Assembly: GCA_030704615.1 (NCBI GenBank)
Contig: CM060732.1
Coordinates: 79,236,001-79,300,000 of the forward strand
DNA length: 64,000 bases
Direction: 5' to 3'
Source: Takakia lepidozioides
Taxonomy: Eukaryota; Plantae; Bryophyta
Part shown: positions 52,601 to 62,900 of the stretch, piece after piece
Layout: each line of letters opens with the position of its first letter
Position numbering within the stretch: position 1 is the first letter of the stretch
Notes under the pieces: generated by a model
Databases searched by the model: none
The model's input: the letters and a program-made list of their open reading frames with translations, nothing else
Told to the model about the DNA's origin: nothing
Program-made: the position numbers and the translations under genes

Positions 52601-52866
52601 CTTACTTCAAAGATGAAGCACGTCCGAATCGGCAGCAAGTGTTGCGTCCGCCACCTATGCTGTTGGATCATGAAAATGAACCCGAGTACGAGGTGGAGGC
52701 AATACTTAAGTCGAGGAGGTTCAAGAACCGAGAAACGGAGTATCTCGTCAAATGGAAGGGCTATCATCTTGTGGAGGCATCTTGGGTGCGTGCCTCAGAA
52801 ATGGGAAACGCATCCGAGGCAGTTGCAGCGTTCGAAGGGCGACCTCAAAAGCGGAAGAAGCGTTGA
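49624..52866 (+). CDS. pol: Chromovirus Pol (PR C-part, RT, RH, INT, chromodomain); the protease active site LVDTGAS lies in an upstream frame at about 49570
   Basis: YIDD, HTDASD, SMDF/SDRD/DGQTE, GPF motif, YEVEAIL...EYLVKWKGY...SWV. Two frame changes between gag, protease and pol. Confidence 0.95.
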   Translation: MGLPTSDVGASIEVRSAKGEPQLATRLAFDVPLQLGSWEGRENFTICEIDGVDLILGMTFLSKSGAVIDGRKRVVTLPCGNGGEVLRVSETPKSVGGRINLLSAKEWAVEETHESQFLLYIREVKGEGDGEPSPDWIKGILEKYQDVMPEDLPSGLPPRRGVDHKIEVIPGSEPPAKAPYRLSHKELVELKTQLKDLMSKGYIRPSKSPYGAPVLFADKKDGTLRMCVDYRALNKVTIKNRYPLPRIDDLFDRLAGAKYFSRIDLRSGYHQIRVAEGDEEKTACRTRYGSYEFLVMPFGLTNAPATFSTLMNSLFQEWLDDFVIVYIDDILVYSKTKEEHLEHLKRVFQKLREGKLYAKASKCEFGVTKVEFLGHVITQDGIKMDDRKVRAILDWEPPTSVPGVRSFLGLASYYRKYVRNFAKIAGPLSDLLCKSKVWVWNTFCGQAFAELKQRMTEAPVLKIPEFDRPFEIHTDASDFAIGGVLMQDGRPVAYESKKLNEVERRWPTHEKEMKAVVHCLELWRHYVGSNPVKVFTDNVTVKYFATQPKLSPKQLRWQDTLAVFDVDIQYKPGRDNVVADALSRKQQLLLVYKGETALQRKIRKACRKDELAKCVMQNLRMGVKSQFHLQNGLLRYKQKRLYVPKGGIRDSLLRECHDSPLAGHGGAKRTAALLKKEYFWPKLREEAEEYVKTCTTCQQNRSEYKKQAGLLQPLPIPEGTWESVSMDFMTAMPLSKGFDAIMVVVDRFSKMAHFIPTKETATAQETGRLYFAHVLKHHGVPKDIVSDRDPKFTSKFWRALWKKMGTRLKMSTAFRPTTDGQTERVNSVVKQFLRNYVSADQSDWMEHLDAAEFCYNNTEHSATGVSPFVLVYGKAPLVPTSWAAQDVEEPAVAAVLEERERLLKLAKYNIAKARKRYERQANRKRREVKFEAGTEVWLNIKNFRLPPEMSPKFVPPYAGPFRIRRVMNEDVYELELPANSKVHPVFHVSLLKPYFKDEARPNRQQVLRPPPMLLDHENEPEYEVEAILKSRRFKNRETEYLVKWKGYHLVEASWVRASEMGNASEAVAAFEGRPQKRKKR

Positions 52867-53772
52867 TGGGGACATCAACCTTGGAGCGTGGGGGAGGAAA
52901 TGCATGCTTAGCCCGGTTTAGCTAGCTCAGGAATCCGATTGCAAAAACTTGTATTGTACAAAAATTTGTGATAAAGGAAATGGGTTCCAAATATTGTGCG
53001 TCCTATTGTGTTTGGAATGGTGATGCATGGTGTGGTTGGCTGGTGTGTAGAATGCATGCTAGCTTACAAAAGTGGGAGAGGTAAATTGGGTTAATCGTGT
53101 GTTTGCGCAGTGCCGAAATCGGGTGACTCCCATCCAAGGGGCAAGGAAACTTGCGCCTTATTTGGGAGTTCAAGTGCTAGTGCGCACCTGGCGCGTGCGC
53201 GTACTATAACTGCGCTACCGAGGGGGTTGCCTTGTAGTGCGGGCTAACGCGGAAGCTACGTGCTTCCGTTCACGTACTATAATCGTGTAGCCTCGGGACG
53301 AAGTCGTAGTGCGGCTTCGGCGTGTTCCCGTACCTCAGGCCAGCATTCCAAGGCGGACCCAATTGTAGTGATTGGGGCGCACGGTTGGTTCAAGGTTATC
53401 TTCCTAGTCAAAGAGGGTTCCAGGTGAACCCTTGCTCAAGGTGATGCCAAAAGCGGCATCATGAGCGATCGCAAGCAATGTTGTTGCAGTAAGGCGATTC
53501 GATCCTCGGGGAGGATCGTTCCTTGGCCTTGAAGTAGGCCAAGAAGAGTGCACTGGGAGGAGCTGGAGAGGCTCCACCCTTGGCCGGGACTTGGAGGAAG
53601 TCGGCCGAACTAGCTAGTGGAGAGTGGAGTCAAGTGTGGGGTTTGGTTCTTTGCCATGGGACGCCATGGTACGGAAACAAACTCCTTGATGTGGGACGCC
53701 ACAACTTGGATGTTCGTTTCTACAAAATGGACAAGTCGATGAGGACATCGACTCCCTGTTGGTAGGGGTGTG

Positions 53773-54495
53773 TGTCGCGGCCCTTTGCCTTGAGGGCAGG
53801 GGGTCGGGACACATGAGGGGCTGCCCCTGTGGTGGGGGCAGCGGCAGCGATAGGTATGGGGGGCTGAAGCACCCTTGAGTGCCCAAGGCACTCAAGGAGG
53901 CGGAGGCGCTCACTAGGTGGAGCCCCGCACACCGGGTTGCGGTGGAGGTGGCTCCACAAGGGGTGGTGGTAGCTTAGTGGGACTTAGTGGGGGTGGCATA
54001 GGACTCACCATGGGGTGGAGACCTCGAGGTGGGAGTCGTGGGGAGTCTTGGGACTCATCACGGTCCATTGGGGCCGCGGTGAGTGGGCCAAGACTCACCG
54101 CGACTCACCACCGGGAGTCGAGGGTTTTCGTGGTGGTTCGCCATAAAATGGCATGGCTGGTTATGAAACCCCGCGGACAGCTACAGAAGTATATATAGGG
54201 AGTAGTAACCCCGAGAACGGTGCAAGCCCGTTGGTGACCAAAAACTAGTGAGTAAGCGAGCGAGCCGGAAAGCGACCAAAGAGTGGGGAGCTGTTCCGGA
54301 CTGCCATCTACCAAAGGGAATTCTCCTAGTCCCAAATAGGTGGAGGGTTTAGAGGGAAGCGGAAGGGGACCGTTATGTCCCGGTGAGCAGCCGAAACTCC
54401 AAGTTGGCCCGGCGGCCAGGTTGGGAGTCAGGCGCGCGCATCAAAGCGAGTAACTATGACTTGAAGGGGAGTTTACCGAATTGAGGTGTGCGACA
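53773..54495 (+). repeat. Chromovirus 3' LTR (723 bp)
   Basis: The only difference from the 5' LTR that I noticed is one C in a C-run. Preceded by purine-rich GGTAGGGG. Confidence 0.95.
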
Positions 54496-57253
54496 ATGTG
54501 CCACTGATGGGTGATTCTCTGGGCAGGGTGAATTGCCAGTGTGCATCAAGTCCGGTCGTGGCTTGGGGTCAGCAGTGCTGCTGGATGGCAGCTGCAGTGG
54601 ATCACAGGCTCATCGTCCACGGCTATTGGTGGACTAACTTGATGCCACCCCACTGCTCAAGCGTGCATTTGATGGGGTGCAGCGGCCAACACCTTACAAT
54701 GGAAACATTTTGGACACAGGAGGCAGTCTCAACGTGTGAGACACGATGACCGTTCGCCTTTGGCATGGTCAACAGGGTGGTGTGTCAACCACGAGCAGCA
54801 TTACCTACACTGCTCAGCTTCCCAGGATCCCATGCTTTTCGGGATGGTGGACCTGGCTGCAACAGATAGTGGAGCCTAATGCCGACGAGCGAGAGCGGGC
54901 TATGGGGTTTTCCACTGGGACCACGGCGGTGTCTTCTCTTTCTGAGGCATCACGACGTCAGGTGTTGGGGCAAGCAATGGATCTCAATTGCTTGACCTGG
55001 ATTATCAGCTTGGCTATGGTTGAGCAACGTAGAGTACGGAGTGCACTTCCCTTGACGGTCTCTCTGCCTACCGAGACGGTACAGGCAGCGAGTGGGGCGA
55101 GCCGGTGGAGGACCACGGGGTGTAGATATCCATGGCACACGTGGGAGGTGCTCGAGGTCCAGGGGAGTTGGCAGCCAAGGCAGCTGTGATGGATGAGGTT
55201 AGGGATTCTTCTCGGGTTGAGGAGGTTCTCAATGATGAGATTGGGGCAGGATGAGGCCTTGTCATTGACTGAGGAGGAAGGGAGTACTGCTCAAGAGAGT
55301 TGCCAGCATAGCAACACGGGACGCGTCCTCTACCTCTAAGCCCACTGGACTTAAGGTTGCAGTTATGGAGGACAATTGGGAGCCTAACATTGGACCCATT
55401 GTCACCGGAGGAGAGAGACGACGTATGCGGCGGTTCCTGAGGGCTTACAAGAATTGCTTTGCCTTCAGTTTGAAGGACTTGGGAGCACTGAAGGGTCAAG
55501 AGATTTGCATTGAATTGGCTACTGACACGCCAATCTTTCGGAGACCCTATAGATACAGTGACATGGAGAGGTCCTTGATTCAGATGAGAACTCAGGAATC
55601 TTGGGAGGCAGTTTGGTGGAGCTCTCTGGTGGAGAGTATGCTTCAGCCACAGTGATGCCAGCCAAGAAGGATGTCTATGGCAATTGGAGGAGAGACGTAT
55701 GTGCGGTGATTACCGGCCTGTAAATCGTCAGACCAAGTCCGATAGGTATGCCATGCCGACACCAGAGGAGATCTTTGATGCCATTGGGCATTCCAAGGTC
55801 TTTAGCACATTGGATTTACGATCCGGATATCACCAGTTGCCGATCAGGAGGCGGATAAGCACAAGACGGCATTCTGGGGGATCAATGAGCACGGGAAGGG
55901 ATTGCCTATACCAGTGGCGGTTCTTACCATTTGGGCTTAAAAACGCTCCTGCTGAGTTTCAAAGGGTCATGGACAGGATTTTAGCAGGGGTGGAGTTTGC
56001 TCAGTGCTACATAGATGACATCATCATCAATCTTAGTGCTACGGTGGAGAGCATGAGAGACACTTCAGGGGGTATTTGAGCGCTTGAGGACGCACGGATT
56101 GAAGTTACATCCGGGAAAGTGCAAGTTTTTCCACAACCAGATTGAGTATCTGGGTCACATGATATATCCTGGAGGATTGGGGGTACAGCAGACTAAGGTA
56201 ATCCATTGCACAGGTTCCACGCCCCACGGATGTGAGCCGAGTTCGAGCTTTCATGGGGTTAGCAAACTATTATAGACGGTTTGTTAAGGGATTTAGTGCC
56301 ATTGCAAAGCTCTAACCAAGCTGACCAATGTGGACCAGGAGTGGCAGTGGGAAGATGAGCAAGAACAAGCTTTTCCAGAGCTCAAGGCGAGGTTGACCTC
56401 GGCGCCCATCTTGAGACGACCTATTAGGGGCGTCCTTTAAAGCTGTATACAGATTGGAGCATGCTGGGGCTTGGAGCGGTGCTCACACAGGTGGATGATG
56501 AGGGAGAGAGTTCGTAGTGGCTTACACTAGCCGCTCGAACAATGGCTGGCTGAGTCTAAGTATGCTCATATGAGGAGAATGCTTAGCTGTAGGGTGGGCC
56601 GTGGCACACTTCAGGTGCTATCTATACGGCAATCTCTCACCCTTGTCACGGATCACCAACCACTCAAGTGGTTGATGGAGTCAGACAAGCTTACGGCGAA
56701 GCTGCATGGTGGGCACTCATCCTTCAAGAGTATGACTTTCAGGTGGTGCATCGACCGGGTTTGGGTCAATCGCAATGCAGATGGGTTGAGTCGCAATCCA
56801 TGCACGAGCCAGCAGGATGACACTGGAGCTCGTGGCATGGTGAGACGGACGAGAGATGGTGCCCGGATGGCATGCATCTGCATTTCTGTGTACTTGGCAG
56901 CGGAAGGCCAGGTTGGACCTGCAACAGGGATTACTGTAGATCAAGTGTCTGAGGACCCTAGCGCAATGAGCCAGGTGGTGCCAAAGATATACATGAGGAT
57001 TCAGTTGTTGGACCCCCTACTACCTCCGCACTGGAGACCTGCAATCACTGTGACTGCCAAGGAGAGGGATCTGATCTACAACGAGCAAGTAGGTTCAAGT
57101 GGGAGGGGACACACCTGCTCCCGAGTGTGGGAGATTGGTCGAGTGAGGATTGTGCCTCACCCAACACAGCGGGCAACGGTTAGTGCGGCATTCCCATGAG
57201 GAGTTGGGGCCTTTGGGTGCGACGCACTCATAGTCTACTGCAAAGGGCCAGTA

Positions 57254-58441
57254 TTGGTTGGCGTGGTATGCACACAGAGGTGCAAACAATTTGTGGCTAG
57301 GTGGCATGGTCATGTGATAGGGTGCGTGCTTCATTCAACGCCCCTACTCCACAATTGCACCCTCTTCCGATCATGGGAATTGGGCTACATGTGGAGTCTT
57401 GACTTCGCAGGGCCGTTGCCACTAACCATGCGCCACAACAAGTACGTGTTGGTGATGGTGGAGCACTTCTCCAAGTGGATTGAATTGGTTCCATTGCCTG
57501 ATAAAGCTAGTGAGGGAGCTGCGTATGCATTCTTGGATTGTGTGCTTAGCCGATTCGGTGCTCCAGCTGAGGTACTCACGGACCAAGGGAGAGAGTTCTT
57601 GGGGGAGTTTCAGGCTTTGTGTGACAAGGCCTTGATAGACCACCGCACCACTTCTCGGGATCATCCTGAGGCCGATGGCTTGGCAGAGAGAGTTGTTCAG
57701 ACAGTAAAGAGGGGTTTGCGCAAGTATGGCTTGCAGAAGGGACACCTAGGAGATTGGGACCTTCAGTTACCCTGGTTAGCCATGGGCTATAGGTTCAGCA
57801 AACAAGCATCACTTGCCTCCTTCTCACCATACTTTCTTCTCTTTGGCCGAGAGCCGGATTTGCCGACATCCATTCGCAGAGAAGCTGCTACAATTCTTAA
57901 TCTTGACGATCCGGACGTGTGGGCACGTGCGTGTGAGCAGCGTGCAGAGTTGTTCAAGAAAGTCATGCCCATGGCTTTCGAGAACCTTGCCATTGCACAA
58001 CATCGTGATACGTTGAGGTATGCTAGCATACGTGGTGGGGGCTATCGTCCTGGGGTTCGGAGATTCAACCCTGGTGACTATGTTTATCTGCAGCAGACTG
58101 CTCCTACGACCTTGGATGTGACTGCAGGACGTACTATTTTGAGGGTTCGAGAGGAATTGCCCTCAAGAGTCCTGATCTTGGAGGGTCGGGATGGCATGAT
58201 TTGGAAGGACCATGTGCGTAATTGCGCGCCATGTCATATTCCAAATGTTGATGGAAGGGTTGACCCAAACCTGACAGTGGTACCTGCAAGTTTGAGGTGC
58301 ATGTTGTGTGGGTCTGCTAGAGGGGCAGCCATCATGCTAGTGTGTGATCAATGCTCTAGAGGTTGGCATATGGGATGCTTGACTCCACCTCTTGAGATGG
58401 TTCCTGATGGGGATTGGTTATGTCTGCATTGCATTGGATAG
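57254..58441 (+). CDS. DDE integrase with C-terminal PHD finger (PHD about 58297-58438)
   Basis: WSLDFAGP, TDQGREF, DGLAE; CMLCGSARGAAIMLVCDQCSRGWHMGCLTPPLEMVPDGDWLCLHC (C4HC3). Confidence 0.92.
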   Translation: MVGVVCTQRCKQFVARWHGHVIGCVLHSTPLLHNCTLFRSWELGYMWSLDFAGPLPLTMRHNKYVLVMVEHFSKWIELVPLPDKASEGAAYAFLDCVLSRFGAPAEVLTDQGREFLGEFQALCDKALIDHRTTSRDHPEADGLAERVVQTVKRGLRKYGLQKGHLGDWDLQLPWLAMGYRFSKQASLASFSPYFLLFGREPDLPTSIRREAATILNLDDPDVWARACEQRAELFKKVMPMAFENLAIAQHRDTLRYASIRGGGYRPGVRRFNPGDYVYLQQTAPTTLDVTAGRTILRVREELPSRVLILEGRDGMIWKDHVRNCAPCHIPNVDGRVDPNLTVVPASLRCMLCGSARGAAIMLVCDQCSRGWHMGCLTPPLEMVPDGDWLCLHCIG

Positions 58442-58700
58442 TGGGAATGGATACAACCATGGAAGGCTAACAAGAAACGCAAGGCCCAGCTACTAGGAGA
58501 CCTTGAACACACGAGGTCCTGGCTCAAGTTCACAGATTGCAAGACGGCGACTAACGATGGGCTACTCTTGTACCCGGCCTCTTGGTCTATAGGGTTTGAG
58601 TGCAATAGGGACAGTGATAGAGGACTTAGTACGGTTGTGGCTATTACATCTTGTAGCTATCTGGAGGTAGAGGGACCTACCCACCAGCTAGGGGGGCGAT

Positions 58701-59223
58701 TGTGGCAAACTACTTTATTGTGCATATATGTGTGGTGTGGTTTGGACAGCGATGTAGTTATGTAGCGATACGTATGCGCACGACAGCTGTCAAGTTAAAT
58801 AAGCACAGTGTGAAAACAACTAGAATAAAGCTAGTTATTTATATTTAACACTTGGATTTAGGTCAAGTGTTAAATCAGGTGTCAAGTTTAGTTTGACACC
58901 TGAACCGCCTTATCTTCACGAGAGCGGCAGTCGCGCAGCTCATCTCTCTCGAGTTGAGCCTGCGCGACCGAGCTCCTTCACGCTTAGAAGCTGAGTATGC
59001 TTATGAAGGGATGATAGGTTGTTGTGGGGTGGAGTCCCCATAGCTTGGGGTGCCCCTGGCTCGACTACTATTTTAAAGAGTGATGGTGTTGGTTTTCATG
59101 TTTCTTGTGTGAACAGTGTGTCTTTTAGTTTTTATCATTGTGGCAGACTACTTTATTGTGCATATATGTGTGGTGTGGTTTGGACAGCGATGTAGTTATG
59201 TAGCGATACGTATGCGCACAACA
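58701..59223 (+). repeat. Right terminus A-gc-B-t-A (subfamily 1), after the PPT CTAGGGGGGC
   Basis: A 58701-58785, B 58788-59137, A' 59139-59223. Confidence 0.92.
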
Positions 59224-59604
59224 ATGCGGACTCATTCTTTCATGTCATCTTCTTCATCACATGCCATGATTGTTCTATATTGGTTTTGTATGTCATCTGA
59301 TATGGCAACCATTTTGTGCAATTTTTTTTTACATATCTGACCTCACATCATGGTGTAATTTATTGCATCCTCCCTGATGTTTTCATGAACGTCAACTTGG
59401 CAGTGGATGTTCTTCTAAAACCACAATACATACTTATATTGTCTCCAAAAAATGTTTGGAGGATTATTGTTCATGGTTATATTGTGCATAAATTAGCCAA
59501 ATAATCATATATATCGCTTTATTCAATAATAAATTTTGTTTATTCATATTTCTCATATTATTTCTGGACCAAACAAAAGTCCATAATTAATTAAAATAGT
59601 GTTT

Positions 59605-59926
59605 AAAGAAGAATAATACAAGCACAAGCTCATGCGAGCTCACAAAGCTGAAGCATAAACTCATGCATATATAACCTCATCACTCAAATACAAGTCAAGC
59701 CAAGTGCACCCCACACCATGGGGAATCCACGCTACGGCGCCATAGCTAGGCGCGGTGAGGCTCAATTCGAGAAAGATGAGCCTCCCGCGCTTGCCGTGAA
59801 GATAACCACTCCAGGGCCTAAATCTGCCTTGACCCCGGATTGACACTTGGGCCAATCCCAAATGTCAATATGTAAAAGCTAGCTATTTTCTAGCTAGTTT
59901 CACACTAGTGGTAAAATAACTTGACA
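59605..59926 (-). repeat. Terminal repeat B (subfamily 2), left end inserted in a Copia 3' LTR
   Basis: Reverse complement of about 23444-23766; abuts the first 26 nt of the Copia LTR. Confidence 0.88.
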
Positions 59927-62900
59927 ATCTAAATGTTGAATTACATCCAACACTCCCCCTTAATGAAAACATTCAAAGAAACATGAATCTATTAATCTAT
60001 GGGGACATCTCATCAAAAGAGTCTATAAGCCCAATGGCTCGACAACAAGTAATAAACTTTGGCTTTGGAAGTGCCTTTGTGAGCAAATCAGCCCACATGT
60101 CTTCTGTCGCACAGTAGCGTAATTCGATATCTTTGCTTTCGACCTTTTCTTGTAGAAAATGATGTCGCAACTCGATGTGCTTGGTGCGAAAGTGAAACCG
60201 AGGGTTTTAAAGTCAATGCAATGCACGACTGATTGTCGCAATGGAGTGGCAGTGCTCCAGCTTGCGGAAATCCCAAGTCTTGAATAGTTTCCGCAGCCAG
60301 ATTGCCTCTTTCACAGCAGTGGCAGCAGCTATATACTCCGATTCGGTAGAGGAAAGGGCTACTGTCGGCTGTTTCCTACATTGCCAGGATATGGCTCCCC
60401 CTCCAAGCATGAATACATAACCTGAAGTGGATCTACGAGACTCGGGGTCTGCAGCCCATTCAGCGTCGGTCCAACCTTGAATGGATTCTTGCTTGGCCCC
60501 TGCAATGTATTGGATGCCCCAGTCACGAGTATGTTGCAAATAACGGAAAATGCGTTTAACAACATTCCAGTGCAGTGGGCCAGGATTGGCCATAAATTGG
60601 GCACACTGACCCACACAATATGCAAGGTTAGGTTGGGTATTGGTGACCAAGTAGATGAGGCTACCAATTGCATTAGCATAGGGAACAACTTCCATTGCAA
60701 GCTTCTCGGCAGGTGTCACAGGGGACATTGTTGTGGATAATTTAAATCCATGTGGCATCGGGGTAGAGCTAGGGTTACAATCAACCATATTGTATTTCAC
60801 AAGGATGTCGGAGATGTATGTGGCTTGGCTGAGTAGGATGGACTTCGTAGTCTTGTTCCTTATCACCTGAATGCCGAGACAGTACTCAACATCTCCACCG
60901 TCGGTCATGGCAAACTCATTTGCCAATTCCGATATTGCAAATTAGGTGATACCACCAATGAGTCATCGACATAGAGTCTGAGGAGAACAAATGTTCCATC
61001 CTTCGTTCTCCTAACATATACATTGGGATCTCCAGGGCACTTTGTGTAACCTATTTGCAAAAGATGGTTATTAAACCTCTCGTACCACATCCTTGGACTT
61101 TGCTTCAACCCGTAAAGGGTTTTCAACAATCTACATACTTTTGCCTTGCATCCTGGTTGAACATAACCCGGGGGCTGTTGCATATAGATCTCCTCCTGGA
61201 GAGGTGGAAAGCGGTCTGGACATTAGCTGATGTAGATGATAGTTATATATGGCAGCTAAGGCAATAAGAACTCGTAGTGAGGTGATTTTTACCACGGGAG
61301 AGAAAGTCTTGCCATAATCTAATCCTTCTACTTGAGTAAACCCTCTTGCCACGCGTGCCTTGTATTTGGCAAGTGTGCAGTTAGCATTAAATTTACGCTT
61401 GAAAAGCCACTTACAACTAACCATGCAGGATGTGATAATGTCTGTTGAACAGGTTGAGGAGGTGGAACATGTTGACCACCACCCACATTATGAATTAAAG
61501 TTGGATCGTCATCATAGAAGTAGGTCAAGTCAGCAAGCTGATCAAGCTGGAACTGATTTGACGCATGTATATGATTGGGTTCAGAGTTAGTAACATTTGT
61601 ACGTGTAGACATAAGCACTGAACATTCATCAAAAATCACATCTCTGCTGAATGAGGCTTTCTTCGTAGCCTAGTTATACAGTTTATAACCTTTGACGCCA
61701 TCAAGTTCTCCATAACCAATAAATTGGGTTTGGAGGGACTTGGGCTCAAGTTTCTTCCTAGTGTCATCAGGCACATGTTCATAAGCTTTACAGCCAAAAA
61801 CTTTGAGATGACTTAGGTTGGGCTTCTTACCCCTCCAACATTCGTATGGAGTTCTCCCCCGAAGTGTAGAAGTATGGGATCTGTTTTGCAGATAACATGC
61901 CGTAGCAATTGCCTCACCCCAAAAAGTTTTGGGCAATTTTGCTGACTCGAGCATGCTTCGGGCAGATTCCACCAAGGTTCTATTCTTTCGTTCAGAGACT
62001 CCATTTTGCGGGGGTGTGTAAGAGTTGGTAAACTGTCTGGCAATGCCATGCACCTCACAAAAGGTATTGAACTCGCTAGAAATAAATTCCCCACCATTAT
62101 CAGACCTAAGGGTTTTTATTGTCCGTCTAGTCTGATTTTCAACTAACGCTTTGTAGGCTTTAAATTTGTCAAACACATCTGATTTATTTCGAAGGAAATA
62201 AACAATCGCATATCGAGAATAGTCATCGATGAAGAGTGCAAAGTATCGTGCACCTCCAAGGGATTGTGTTTGCATTGGGCCACATATATATGTATGAACT
62301 AGTTCCAATAAAATTGTGGTTTTGGAACTTGACTCAATAGGAAAACTGGTCAAATGATGTTTACCAATTATACACCCTTCATAGAGGGATATAGTGGTAA
62401 GTTTTCCATCTAGACCCACAACCATCTCTGAACGCTGCATTTGTTTTATTGCATTCAGATGCAAATGCCCTAACCTATGATGCCATAAGACAGTCTGCAA
62501 ATTAGGGGGCTGGGTCGTCACAGAAAGGTTCATATCAGAAGACTGCATTTTGTGTTTAGAAACACAATGTACAAGGCCTACTCCAACAGGATATAGATTG
62601 CCCTCTTGCTTACACCGCAGTGTGTTCAAAGATTGACCACTCTCATCAAGTGACTTCATTAAACAGTGATCACCGACGAATTCGATACTACCGAGTCCAT
62701 GACTAGTAGCTTTGCTTACGGAGATGAGATTTTTGGTCAATCCAGGCACGTGCATGACATTATTGACAAAAGCAACTTGGCCTGTAGGTAATTGTATTGA
62801 AACAGAGCTGCACCCATAACATTGTGTTGCGTATCATCTCCCGTATAAACTGTAATGGGAGAGGACATAGGCTTGTATGACTGAAACCAGTCTCTCCTAT

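Larger units (their letters stand above)
47525..54495 (+). mobile_element. Young full-length chromovirus (Ty3/Gypsy, probably Galadriel-like)
   Basis: TSD ATGTG (47520-47524 and 54496-54500). Near-identical LTRs. iMet PBS. Pol ends in a chromodomain. Confidence 0.95.
47100..55000 (+). pseudogene. DNMT3-like domain (copy 2), split into about 47100-47524 and 54501-55000
   Basis: LDLFGGI, AGWPCR, ILENV | PLMGD, WWTNL, RERAMGF, RRQVLGQAMD. Confidence 0.9.
44155..59223 (+). mobile_element. Most complete DNMT-Gypsy copy (subfamily 1): B1-leader-Gag-PR-DNMT-RT-RH-INT-PHD-PPT-A-B-A, interrupted by a chromovirus
   Basis: B1 44155-44489 (first 16 nt or so missing). ORFs starting 44571, 45645, 46257 and 46524 are in one frame, separated by point stops. 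DNMT from about 47100; RT about 55400-56200; INT-PHD 57254-58441. Confidence 0.9.

Noticed and set aside
44155-59223. Classification as DIRS/Ngaro/PAT because of the split repeats
   Set aside because: The element encodes an aspartic protease and a DDE integrase, has a PPT, and a family member shows a TSD. There is no tyrosine recombinase inside it.
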